A DNA stretch of 64,000 nt. Origin: an uncultured Actinomycetota bacterium (GTDB lineage Bacteria > Actinomycetota > Actinomycetes > Propionibacteriales > Nocardioidaceae). The notes below the pieces were generated by a model, which was not told where the DNA came from, ran no database searches, and worked only from the letters and a program-made list of their open reading frames with translations. A program made the translations under genes and the position numbers. Positions within the stretch are counted from its first letter, which is position 1, and each line of letters opens with the position of its first letter. The stretch is from NCBI GenBank assembly GCA_963806345.1, contig CAWDXV010000022.1:182929-246928 (forward strand). The letters run 5' to 3'. Positions 35,665 to 45,243 of the stretch are shown here, piece by piece.

Positions 35665-35955
35665 TCAGGTGCGGGTGTCGGCGGGGCGGCCGGCCTCGCG
35701 GACCGCGTCGGCCAGCGCCAGCAGGTCGTCACGGGTGGGCTCGGCAGCGGCCGGGTCGGGGGCGAGGCGCAGCACGTTCCAGCCCTGCGGCGCCGACATG
35801 CGTTGCGAGTGCTCGGCGCACAGGTCGTAGGTGTGCGGTTCGGCGTATGTCGCCAGCGGCCCGAGCACGGCTGTCTGGTCCGCATAGACATAGGTCAGCG
35901 TCGCCACTGCCGTCTGGGAGCACGCAGAACGCGTGCATCGTCTCACCGCACCCAC
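35665..35955 (-). CDS. DUF3499 protein
   Basis: RCTRSAC..ATLTYVYADQTAVLGPL..EPHTYDLC. Confidence 0.88.
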   Translation of the reverse strand: MGAVRRCTRSACSQTAVATLTYVYADQTAVLGPLATYAEPHTYDLCAEHSQRMSAPQGWNVLRLAPDPAAAEPTRDDLLALADAVREAGRPADTRT

Positions 35956-36003
35956 GAGGTGAGGTTATCCCCCACGTCCGACACCGCGCGTTAGGCTCAC
36001 CGC

Positions 36004-36450
36004 ATGGATCACTTCGGCGGCGCCGTCAGCGGTCCACGCCCCGGCCGGATGCGTGACCGGAGAGGCCGTGGGCCACGCGGACCGATGGCCCTGCCCGGGC
36101 CGCTCTCGCCGCGGAGCGTGCCGGTCCACCGTCCCGCCCGGGCCGCGTTCGACCTGCTGGTCGGCGACGTGATCGCGGCACTCGAGCCGCACTTCGCCGT
36201 CGAGGCCGATCACGTCCAGGTCGTGGTCGAGGAAGCGCCGTTGCTGCCTCCGGAGTGGACCGACGACGTCCCGCTCAGCATCGTGGCGCCCGAGCCCGAG
36301 GGTGCGCGCGTCGTCCTGTTCCGCATCCCCATCGCCCAGCGCTGCACGAGCAACGACGACCTCGAGGACCTCGTCTGGTCCGTCGTGCTCGACCGGCTCG
36401 CCGAGGTCTGGCACATGTCGCCCGACGATCTCGACCCGCGGCCGCGCTGA
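36004..36450 (+). CDS. Zincin-1-like metallopeptidase family protein
   Basis: RDRRGRGPRGP, VEEAP, VVLFRIPI; usual divergent partner of DUF3499. Confidence 0.8.
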   Translation: MDHFGGAVSGPRPGRMRDRRGRGPRGPMALPGPLSPRSVPVHRPARAAFDLLVGDVIAALEPHFAVEADHVQVVVEEAPLLPPEWTDDVPLSIVAPEPEGARVVLFRIPIAQRCTSNDDLEDLVWSVVLDRLAEVWHMSPDDLDPRPR

Positions 36451-36456
36451 CTCGCC

Positions 36457-37797
36457 CTAGGACGTCGGGCGCACCTGCGGGCTGAGCACCGTCACCGGCG
36501 CCGCCGTGAGGGCCAGCGAGCTGATGCCGTCACCCTTCACGTACGTCGCCGCGGCCACGACCTTGCCGTGCGGCGTGACGACGAAGTACGCCGCGTCGGG
36601 AGTCTCGAGCCTCGCCCACGTCGTGGTGCCGGCCTTGATCTTCACGGTGCTCGACGCGAGCCGGCGCATCGAGGCGTCGTACGCCTGGACGTCGACCGAT
36701 GCCGCGTCACCCGGCGCGGTCAGCATGAGCCGTGGGGCACCGATCTTGGGTCCCACCTCGACGGGCACGATCGCCGGGCCAGACAGCGCCGGCACCGCCT
36801 CGGCGTAGGCGTAGTCCTTGTCGCCCGGCGCCATGCGCACCGAGGCGGAGATCGGCTGGTCCGACGTCAGCCGCAACGCCTGAGCACCCGAGCCGGCGGA
36901 CTTCGGCACCGTGACGGAGCGCGTCGTGCCGGCCGCGACCTTGAGCTGCTCGAGGCCGGACGGCGCGAACGTGTTCTTGGCGCCGATGACCTTGACGCTG
37001 ACCCGGGCGGTCGACTGGCCGGGGTTGACCATCATGAGGGTCCGTCCCGATGCGCCCTGCACGAGTCCTCCGACGACCTGCGTACGTCGTGGGGACAGCG
37101 TCGCGGAGACCGGTTCGGTGCCGCTGAACACCGAGGTCGAGGTGTCGTTGACGACGGCTGACAGCGACCCGCGACGCCGGTGCACGTGCATCGAGAGCTC
37201 GGCCTCCCCCGCCGCCAGCTCGTCGAGGCGGATCCGGCGGACCGACGACGGCTTGACCACGATGCCCTCGGACCCGACCGCGTCGATCTTGCCCTTGGGG
37301 CCCCAGAGCGACAGGTCGACGGCGGCCGGCGTGTCGGCGAGGTTGGTCAGGATCAACGTCGAGAAGTGCTTGCCGCCCGAGCCCAGGCCCATGAGCCAGG
37401 CGTCGTCGACGACACCGGGGCACGAGCCGACCACGAGCCCGCCGCCGCCCTTCTTGGGCGCCGTGCCGGCGAAGAACCCGACGGCGCCGGAGGCCCGGCC
37501 CCGCTGCTGCACCATGACACCTTGCGCGTTGACGACGGACGTACGCCAGGACGAGGCGTCCTCGAGCTCGGCGTCGCGGGCGCGGCCGGGGAACGCGTTG
37601 GCGGTGGCACCGCTGCCGGGGCGGACCTGACCGGCGGCCACGGTGATGACCGAGCCGGCCGGGCAGGCGTACGACGATTCGGTGACCGTGACCCGCGATG
37701 GCGGGCGGGCCGACTCGGAGCTCGACGGCGCCACCAGGGCGAGCAGCACCATCGCGACAGCGGCGACCGGCAGGATCAGGATCTTCAAGTCCTTCAT
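36457..37797 (-). CDS. DUF5719 secreted/membrane-anchored protein
   Basis: N-terminal hydrophobic segment; LILTNL/LMMVNPG repeats; coupled to upstream GT2. Confidence 0.75.
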   Translation of the reverse strand: MKDLKILILPVAAVAMVLLALVAPSSSESARPPSRVTVTESSYACPAGSVITVAAGQVRPGSGATANAFPGRARDAELEDASSWRTSVVNAQGVMVQQRGRASGAVGFFAGTAPKKGGGGLVVGSCPGVVDDAWLMGLGSGGKHFSTLILTNLADTPAAVDLSLWGPKGKIDAVGSEGIVVKPSSVRRIRLDELAAGEAELSMHVHRRRGSLSAVVNDTSTSVFSGTEPVSATLSPRRTQVVGGLVQGASGRTLMMVNPGQSTARVSVKVIGAKNTFAPSGLEQLKVAAGTTRSVTVPKSAGSGAQALRLTSDQPISASVRMAPGDKDYAYAEAVPALSGPAIVPVEVGPKIGAPRLMLTAPGDAASVDVQAYDASMRRLASSTVKIKAGTTTWARLETPDAAYFVVTPHGKVVAAATYVKGDGISSLALTAAPVTVLSPQVRPTS

Positions 37798-40593
37798 GCG
37801 GTCACCTCCGCTTCTTCCTCGTCGTCCAGTGGTTCGGGAGCGGCACGCCGGCGTACCGGCGCGGTCAGCACGATCGCCACGAGCCAGGCCAGGGCCTGCA
37901 ATGCGATCAGCCCGCGGTGCCACCACGGCGGCGACGCGGCGTCGTCATTCGGCTGCGGCGTGAGCGTCCACACCCGCGAACCCGGCTCATCGCTGCCGGC
38001 CGGCGAGAGCCGCGGCGCGGCGTCGATGCGGCGGCTCACCTCGGCATCGACGTGAGGCGCATAGATCGAGTCGATGCCCAGGTCGCCGAGCGCATCGACG
38101 TCAGCTGTGGTCGCCTGCGCGAGGATGCGGCGCACGATGGCGGTCAGCCGGGCCGAGTCGGACGATGACGCCGTCACGGCCTCCTGCCCGAGGAACGGTC
38201 CGTCGCCGGCGACGACGCGATAGTCCACACCGTCGTCGATGCTGCCGGTCACGATCAAGGTGTCGCCGGGTCGTTCGGCCAGGAAGACCGGCACGACGTT
38301 GGCCCGGCCGTCGTCGAGCGGGTCGGCGGATCCTCGCACGAGCCACCAGCCCGCGGTGCCGAGCGGCAGCACGAGCGCGACGACGACGGCGGTGGCGAGT
38401 GCGGGTCGCGGCCACGACAGCGCGGCCGGGACCGCGAGGAGGACCGCGGTCAGGAGGCCGCCGATCCACACGACAGCGGGGATGCCGACCCACGGTGTGA
38501 TGTCTGCCGGGCCCGCGTGGGTCGAGTAGTCGACCAGCGTGCCGGCAAGCGCCGCGCCGAGGCCCAGCAGCGCGACGAGCCACGCGAGCAGGACGCCGGT
38601 CCGGGTGCGACGGGGCACCAGCGCGACGAGCGCCAGGACGAGCACCCCGACGGTGAGCCACTCAGGGGCCGCACCGGGGCCGCCCGCACGACCGAGCACG
38701 ACGTCGCGGACCGTGGCCGAGCCGGGCAGGGGATAGCCGGCCTCCCACCACATCCGCCACGGGCGAAGCGCGCGCTGCGCCAGCCATGGCCCGAGCAGGA
38801 TCAGCGGCACGACGGCGGCGACGACGAGCTGTTTGCGGACCCAGCGACCCTCGGCGTACCAGAGGATCAGGAGCCCACCGAGGCTCATCGGCAGGACGAT
38901 CGGCGCGAACGCGGAGGCGAACGCGATCCAGATGCCCAGGCGCAGGGCCAGCTGCCACCCCGGGTTCTCGGCCAGCTGCCACGCCGTGTTGGCGAGGATC
39001 GGCAGCACGATGAGCGCGACGACGGTGCCGAGCCGGCCCTGGCTCACGGCTCCGGTCGCGACGACGCACAGCGCGTACGACACGGCCCAGACCATGCGAG
39101 GTACGCGGTGCGAGCTGATCTGCCGGCCGAAGCGGTGTGCCGTCAGCGCGGCCAAGGGCACCGAGAACACCATCGCGAGCGTGATCAGGAGACCGGGGTG
39201 GAACCACACCGGCGTCGAGAGCACGGCCAGCGGGAGCGCGAAGACCGGAGGCATCGTGTCGCTGGGAAGCCCCACGTCGTGCGCGGCCGCCGAACAGCAG
39301 TCCCCACCAGCCCGCAGACGATCCGGGAGCGGGCAGCAGCGCGCCGCCGTGCAGACCGCCGCCGAACAGGCCACGACCGGCGATCACGGAGAGCGCGATC
39401 AGCACCAGCACGACAGCGAGCCACGGGCGACGCTGCAGCAACGACGGACCGTCGTCCAGGTTCTCTGCCTCGTCGGGTGCCTGGTCGAGCGTCGTCGAGC
39501 GGCGACCGACCGTCTCGACCGCCTCGGGCTTGATCAGTGCGGTCGCGGTGTCGCGGACCATGTCGAAGCCGTGCTGGTACGGCAGCCAGAACGGCGCGAG
39601 GAGGTGCCGGATCGCACGGTGCGGGCGCTTGGCGGTCGCCCGCCTCCGCCGCCTGGCCTTGATGAGCTTGAACGGATGGATGTAGACCGAGCGCAGCGCC
39701 AGGAGCTCGTCGCTCGCCGCCTCCGGGTCCTTGCCGATCAGCAGGCCGATGACCCGCAGGAGCGACCCGCAGAACAGCCGGACGTACTGCCAGAGGAAGC
39801 GCGGCATCGGGGTGTTGGCCAGCAGCGTGTAGATCGCAGCCCGGCGCTCCTCCCAGTGCGGCACGTCGCCGGCGGTACGCGTTCGGGTGCCGCGGCGGCT
39901 CGACTCGGCGTGGAACACCACGGCAGTCGGTGCGGTCCTCGTGCGATAGCCGGCTCGCGCGATGCGCCAGCCCAGGTCGATGTCGTCGAAGAACAGCGGG
40001 AGGTTGGGGTCGAGCCCGTTGAGCTCGTCCCACACGTCGCGGCGGATCAGCATGCCCGCGGTGTTGACGGCGAGGACGTCGCGGGGTCGGTCGTGCTGCC
40101 CGGCATCCGGCTCACCGGTCTCGAGACCGGTCTCGCGCGAGCCCGTCGCGGTGACCGTCAGGCCGACCTCGAGGAGGCGACGCAGCGACGGCCACTCGCG
40201 GATCTTGGGACCCACGGCGGCGATGTCGGGCGCCGAGGTCGCGGTGTCGAGCAGGCCCGACAGCGTGCCCGGCAGCACCGCGGAGTCGTCGTGCAGGAGC
40301 CAGATCCAGTCGGTGCGGGGCATCGACTCGAGTCCCAGGCGGACCGCCTCACCGAACCCGGTGCCGGAGGGGGCGTACGTGATGCGCTCGGCCCCGAACG
40401 AGTCGCGCAACAGGTCGGCGCTGCCGTCCGTCGAGCTGACGTCGACGACCCGCCACGTGGTCGGCGCGTAGAACATGTGGGCGAAGGAAGCCAGGACCTT
40501 GGGCAGCCAGCTCGCACCGTTGTGAGCCACGAGGATCGCGCCCACTGTGGGCGGATCGTCGAGCCAATGGCGCGTCGTACTGGTCTCGTCCAC
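37794..40593 (-). CDS. Large multi-TM family-2 glycosyltransferase (frameshifts ~39280-39330)
   Basis: AILVAHNGASWLP, WIWLLHDDS, GPKIREW, DDIDLGWR; long TM C-terminal half. Confidence 0.88.
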
Positions 40594-40631
40594 GTAGAGC
40601 GACTCTAGTGGACGAGCGAAACTGGCGTTTA

Positions 40632-40790
40632 GGCCCCAGCGTCCTGCCCGCTTGGATCAGGGAGCGTGGTGCCACGCCTGCCATGCAAGGCAGAGGAGGG
40701 AGGCGCACCGGGGTTGTGCGGTGACCGACGATAACGCCGCAGGGCAGGATGTGGCGCCGCGCGACCCCAAGGGGGCGGGGCGGTGGGGCC
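40632..40790. mobile_element. 159-bp MITE with imperfect ~18-bp TIRs and TTA target duplication (IS5/PIF-Harbinger-like)
   Basis: TTA(40629-31)-GGCCCCAGCGTCCTGCCC ... GGGCGGGGCGGTGGGGCC-TTA(40791-93); nested internal inverted repeats. Confidence 0.72.
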
Positions 40791-41045
40791 TTAAGCCCGC
40801 TTCTTCAGCTTGCGACGTTCACGCTCGGACAGACCGCCCCAGATGCCGAACCGCTCATCATGTGCCAGGGCGTACTCGAGGCACTCTCCACGGACGTCGC
40901 ACGTCAGGCACACTCGCTTGGCCTCACGTGTGGATCCGCCCTTCTCAGGGAAGAACGCCTCGGGGTCCGTCTGAGCGCAAAGGGCGCGCTCTTGCCACAT
41001 GAGTTCCTCATCGAGCTCTTGCGGCAGACCCAGATCGAATGACAT
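40791..41045 (-). CDS. whiB: WhiB family Fe-S transcription regulator (WhiB/WhiB2-WhmD type)
   Basis: WQERALCAQTDPEAFFPEKGGSTREAKRVC..C.V..ECL..GIWGGLSERERRKLK. Confidence 0.96.
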   Translation of the reverse strand: MSFDLGLPQELDEELMWQERALCAQTDPEAFFPEKGGSTREAKRVCLTCDVRGECLEYALAHDERFGIWGGLSERERRKLKKRA

Positions 41046-41052
41046 ACATGGA

Positions 41053-41082
41053 ATTACAGTCCTGTCACCTGTCACAAGTCAA
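41053..41082 (-). promoter_or_regulatory. Sigma70-type promoter of whiB
   Basis: Minus strand TTGACT-18nt-TGTAAT just upstream of the start; tandem GTGACAG in the spacer. Confidence 0.6.
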
Positions 41083-41153
41083 GCCGAATGGCAAGATTCA
41101 TGAAATCCCCGGCGTGTCGCCCCCGTGCCGGACGTCCGTTGAGGCAAGACACA

Positions 41154-41931
41154 ATGGCCGTCATGCGCATCCTGCTCGTCGTCGGCGCCGACGGCGCACC
41201 CTTCGCCCACGAGCTCGGCCAGCTCCTCGAGCCCGACGACGAGCTCACGGTGGTCGCTCCGACCGTACGTGGCCACGTCGCCGCCGGCTTGCAGGCGAGC
41301 CCCGACCTCGACGGACTCCTGACACCGACCACCCCCGCGACGTACGCCGTCGCCGACGCACTCGAGGCGGTCGGCTACACACCCACGTGGCAGCGGGCCA
41401 GCGACCAGGCCGTGGCGGCCCGCCTGGTCCGCACCGAGCTCGTCGCTGACGGGAACCGCCCTCACCGACGCGACGCTCGCCGCGGGCATCCGCGCCGCGC
41501 TCCCCTACACGCTGCTGCCCGTGTGTGAGGACCGAGCCGAGTTCCGCGTCGTCGTCGGCCCGGACGAGCCGCGGGCGATCCCGGTCGACGAGTACCTCGC
41601 CGATCCTGCGGCCCACGAGCCCACGCAGCTGCTCCTGGTCGCCGACCAGATCTCGGTGTCCTCCGCCGTCTCGTCGGCCGTGCTCGGCTGCGACGTCCTG
41701 GTGCTGGGGCCGTCGAGCCGCACGCTGGCGATCGACCCGGTCCTGCGTACGCCGGGCTTCCGCGACCTGGTCAGCGGCGACCTGCCGGTGCTGGTCGTCG
41801 ACCACGAGGACTCCGCGCCGGCCGAGCTCGTACGTGTCGCCGGCCTGCGAGAAACGGATCCGGGCCGGGCCGAGTCCGTGCCGGCCGACGCTGGCGCCGT
41901 GCTCGACCGCGCGCGCAAGGTCTTGGCATGA
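41154..41931 (+). CDS. Degenerate CofD/FbiA (2-phospho-L-lactate transferase)-like protein (frameshift ~41455)
   Basis: Divergent from whiB at the usual fbiA position; SPDLD, LVLGPSS..AIDP remnants; canonical Gly-rich N-terminal motif absent. Confidence 0.6.
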
Positions 41932-42594
41932 GGACGCTCGACCAGCTGCTCCGATCCGCGGCCGACCCCTCGCAGCCGCTCGTGACCTACTACGACATGG
42001 CCACCGGCGAACGTGTCGAGCTCAGCACGACCACGACGGCGAACTGGGTCGCCAAGACCAGCAACTTCCTCGTCGACGACCTCGACGCGGCGCCGGGCAG
42101 CCGCATCCGCATCGGACTGCCGAGCCACTGGCTGACCACGGTCTGGATCCTGTCGGCGTGGAACGTCGGCGCGGCGGTCGTCGACCACTCCGCCGACATC
42201 GGCGCTGAGCGGCCCCGACCTCGTCGCCGACGAGCCCGTACGTGTTGCGGCTTCGCTGCGTCCGTTGGGCGGCCGGTTCCAGGAGCCGCCGGCCGGCTTC
42301 CTCGACGTGGGCGCCGAGGTGCCGGGCCACGGTGACCACTTCGTCGCCCTCGACCCGCCGGAACCGTCCACCCTGGCGCTCGACCTCGACGGCACGGCTC
42401 TCACGCACGCCGAGCTCCTCGCCGCAGCCGCTCCGGACGGCGTACGACGGCTCGTCACTCCCGGCGGCATTCGGCGCGACGCCGAGCTGATCGCGGCCGC
42501 GTGCCTGGGTGGCGGCTCCCTGGTGATCGTGTCATCCGCCACACCGGAGCAGATCTCACGCGTGAGCGCGCAGGAGGGCGCCGAGCCCGGGTAG
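41928..42594 (+). CDS. TIGR03089 family protein (frameshift ~42205)
   Basis: PLVTYYD.ATGERVELS..T.ANWVAKTSNFL; LPSHW. Confidence 0.88.
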
Positions 42595-42675
42595 GCCGAT
42601 CCATTACACTCAACGATGCCTCGACGGCAGACGTCAGGCGCCCCCGAATGTCTGAACAGTAGGGACACCACACGG

Positions 42676-43569
42676 ATGACAATCGCCGAGGACGCGGCGC
42701 GCCTGGGCCTGCACAAGGTCGGCGGCCGCCCCCCGCTTCGCGACTACGTCGCTGACGTCTGGAGGCGCCGGGCGTTCATCTACTCGATGTCGCGATTCAA
42801 GATCGAGTCGGAGAACCAGCAGAACTCGCTCGGCATGTTCTGGGTCGTCCTCAAGCCGCTGCTCAACGCGCTCGTCTACGGCATGATCTTCGGCTTCCTG
42901 CTCCCCAGCGACACCCGCCCGCCGCACTTCGTCGAGTTCCTCATCATCGGCGTGTTCATCTTCGAGTTCTTCTCCCAGTCGTGGACCGCCGGCGGCAAGG
43001 CCATCACCAACAACGCGGCGCTCGTGCAGAGCCTGGCGTTCCCGCGCATGGTGCTGCCGCTGGCCGCCGTCACGCAGCGGTTCCTGCAGTTCCTGCCGAC
43101 GGTCGGCATCATGCTGGTGTTCCTGATCATCAGCGGCAACATGCCGCAGCTGCACTGGATCCTGATCATCCCGATCTTCGCGCTCTACTACCTCTTCAAC
43201 TGCGGGCTCGCCCTCGTCACGGCCCGCCTGGCCGCGCACTGGCGCGACATCAACAACTTCTTGCCCTTCCTGACCCGGTTCTTCTTCTACACGACCGGCA
43301 TCTTCTTCAGCGTCGAGGAGCGGTTCGGCCCGCACAAGGCCACCGCGAGCAAGCAGGCCACCGAAGGCCACCCCACGATCATCACGATCAGCCACTTCCA
43401 GCCGGTCCACGAGTTCCTGAGCCTCGCCCGCTCGGCACTCCTCGCGGGCGACTCCTACACGATCGACGAGCGCTACTGGCTCTACGCGGGCGTCTGGTCG
43501 ATCGGCCTGTTCGCCTTCGGGGTCTGGTTCTTCTGGCGCGCCGAGGAAAGGTATGGCCGTGTCGACTGA
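42676..43569 (+). CDS. Cell-wall polymer ABC exporter permease (TagG/Wzm-like)
   Basis: LGMFWVVLKPLL, LVQSLAFPR, WRAEERYGR. Confidence 0.9.
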   Translation: MTIAEDAARLGLHKVGGRPPLRDYVADVWRRRAFIYSMSRFKIESENQQNSLGMFWVVLKPLLNALVYGMIFGFLLPSDTRPPHFVEFLIIGVFIFEFFSQSWTAGGKAITNNAALVQSLAFPRMVLPLAAVTQRFLQFLPTVGIMLVFLIISGNMPQLHWILIIPIFALYYLFNCGLALVTARLAAHWRDINNFLPFLTRFFFYTTGIFFSVEERFGPHKATASKQATEGHPTIITISHFQPVHEFLSLARSALLAGDSYTIDERYWLYAGVWSIGLFAFGVWFFWRAEERYGRVD

Positions 43570-44353
43570 CGAGACCCAGGTCGAGGCTCCCCAGCCGCCC
43601 ACGGACCGCAAGCCCGTTGTCGTCGTCGACGACGTGCACGTGGAGTACAAGGTGTTCGCCACCGGCAAGCGGCCCACCGCTGCGGACCGTCGTTCCAACG
43701 TCCTGAAGGGCCGCGGCAAGCAGATGCGTACGGTCCACGCACTCAAGGGCGTGTCGTTCACGGCGTACGAGCAGGACAGCATCGGCGTCATCGGCACCAA
43801 CGGCTCCGGCAAGTCGACCCTCATGCGAGCCATCGTCGGCCTCACGCCGACCAGCCGCGGCGCGATCTATGCGACTTCGCGGCCCAGCCTGCTGGGTGTC
43901 GGCGCGGCCCTCATGAAGGACCTGTCGGGCGAGCGCAACATCATCCTCGGCGGCCTGGCGATGGGCTTCACCCGCGACGAGATCGCCGCCAACTACGACG
44001 ACATCGTGAAGTTCTCGGGCCTCGAGAAGTTCATCGACCTGCCGATGCGGGCCTACTCCTCAGGCATGACGGCGCGGCTCAAGTTCGCCCTCGCCAGCGT
44101 CCAGACCCACGACATCCTGATCGTCGACGAGGCGCTCGCGGTCGGTGACCGTCGGTTCCGCGCCCGCAGCGAGGCGCGCATCCGCGAGATCCGCGACAAC
44201 GCCGGCACGGTGTTCCTCGTGAGTCACTCGATGCAGTCGATCAAGGACACCTGCAGCCGGGTCATCTGGCTCGACCAGGGCACGCTCGTCATGGACGGCG
44301 AGCCCGACGAGGTCATCAACGCGTACGACACCGCACAGGACCAGCAGCCTTAA
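43553..44353 (+). CDS. Cell-wall polymer ABC exporter ATPase (TagH/Wzt-like)
   Basis: GTNGSGKST, YSSGMTARL, DEALAVGD, VSH. Confidence 0.93.
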   Translation: MAVSTDETQVEAPQPPTDRKPVVVVDDVHVEYKVFATGKRPTAADRRSNVLKGRGKQMRTVHALKGVSFTAYEQDSIGVIGTNGSGKSTLMRAIVGLTPTSRGAIYATSRPSLLGVGAALMKDLSGERNIILGGLAMGFTRDEIAANYDDIVKFSGLEKFIDLPMRAYSSGMTARLKFALASVQTHDILIVDEALAVGDRRFRARSEARIREIRDNAGTVFLVSHSMQSIKDTCSRVIWLDQGTLVMDGEPDEVINAYDTAQDQQP

Positions 44354-44357
44354 AGGC

Positions 44358-44443
44358 AGGTTTCGAGGCTTCGCGCGCAGAGCGCACCCGCACCTCAACC
44401 ACCTCGACCGGTCGGGCGCATCGCGCCCTCGGGCCTCGGTCAG
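44358..44443. repeat. ~86-bp direct repeat copy 1 (REP-like)
   Basis: AGGTTTCGAGGCTTCGCGCGCAGAGCGCACCCGCACCTCAACCACCTCGACCGGTCGGGCGC..GGGCCTCGGTCAG. Confidence 0.9.
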
Positions 44444-45123
44444 ATCCCGACGCCGGGATAGCCGACACAGTCGTCCGAGGTCTCCGACCCGACGACCCCG
44501 GCTGAGATCTTCGCCTTGCCGCCGGCCGGGACCTGGTCGACGTCCTCGGATCCCACCGCGTTGATCCTGCCCTTCTTGTCGCGGCACACCACGACAACCT
44601 CGAACGGCGTGAGCGGTTCCTTGCGAGGATTGACGACCGTCAGCTCGGCGAAGTGGCCGACGATGCTGCCGCGAGCCGGCTTCACCGGACTCGCCGCCGG
44701 GTCGGAATCGACCCGGAGCTTCGCTGTCGCCCGTACGCGCGCCACCCGCGGTGCGTCGTCGACCTGGGCCGTGACGGCCAACCGCTGGCCCGCCCAGGAG
44801 AACGCCGAGTAGCCCGTGACCTTGCCGACGACCTTGCCGTCGGCGTCGAGCAGCTTGAACGCCACATCGACCTCGTGGCCGTACTCGGGGTCGTCGATCG
44901 GGTTGTCGAGGATGGCGACCACGTTGAGGTAGTCGTCGTCCTGGGCGAAGCTCGTCTCGGCGATGGCGTCGCTCGCATCGATGACCTTGGCATGGTTGGA
45001 CATGCCCGGCTTGGACGCGTCGATCTCGTCATCGCCCTTGGAGCCGGAGCCTGAGCCGCTGCTGCCCCCGCCGCACGCGGTCACGAGGAGCAGGACAGTC
45101 GAGGCCACGACGACACGGAGCAT
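44440..45123 (-). CDS. Hypothetical lipoprotein
   Basis: Lipobox LVTAC, Gly/Ser linker, beta-rich domains. Confidence 0.75.
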   Translation of the reverse strand: MLRVVVASTVLLLVTACGGGSSGSGSGSKGDDEIDASKPGMSNHAKVIDASDAIAETSFAQDDDYLNVVAILDNPIDDPEYGHEVDVAFKLLDADGKVVGKVTGYSAFSWAGQRLAVTAQVDDAPRVARVRATAKLRVDSDPAASPVKPARGSIVGHFAELTVVNPRKEPLTPFEVVVVCRDKKGRINAVGSEDVDQVPAGGKAKISAGVVGSETSDDCVGYPGVGI

Positions 45124-45158
45124 GACCGCAATGTAGCGGTCAGGGATTCGACGTTCCG

Positions 45159-45243
45159 AGGTTTCGAGGTTTCGCGTGCAGAGCGCACTCGCACTCAACC
45201 ACCTCGACCGGTCGGGCGCAGAGCGCCCTCGGGCCTCGGTCAG
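45159..45243. repeat. ~85-bp direct repeat copy 2 (REP-like)
   Basis: Near-identical to 44358-44443 (few substitutions, one indel). Confidence 0.9.
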
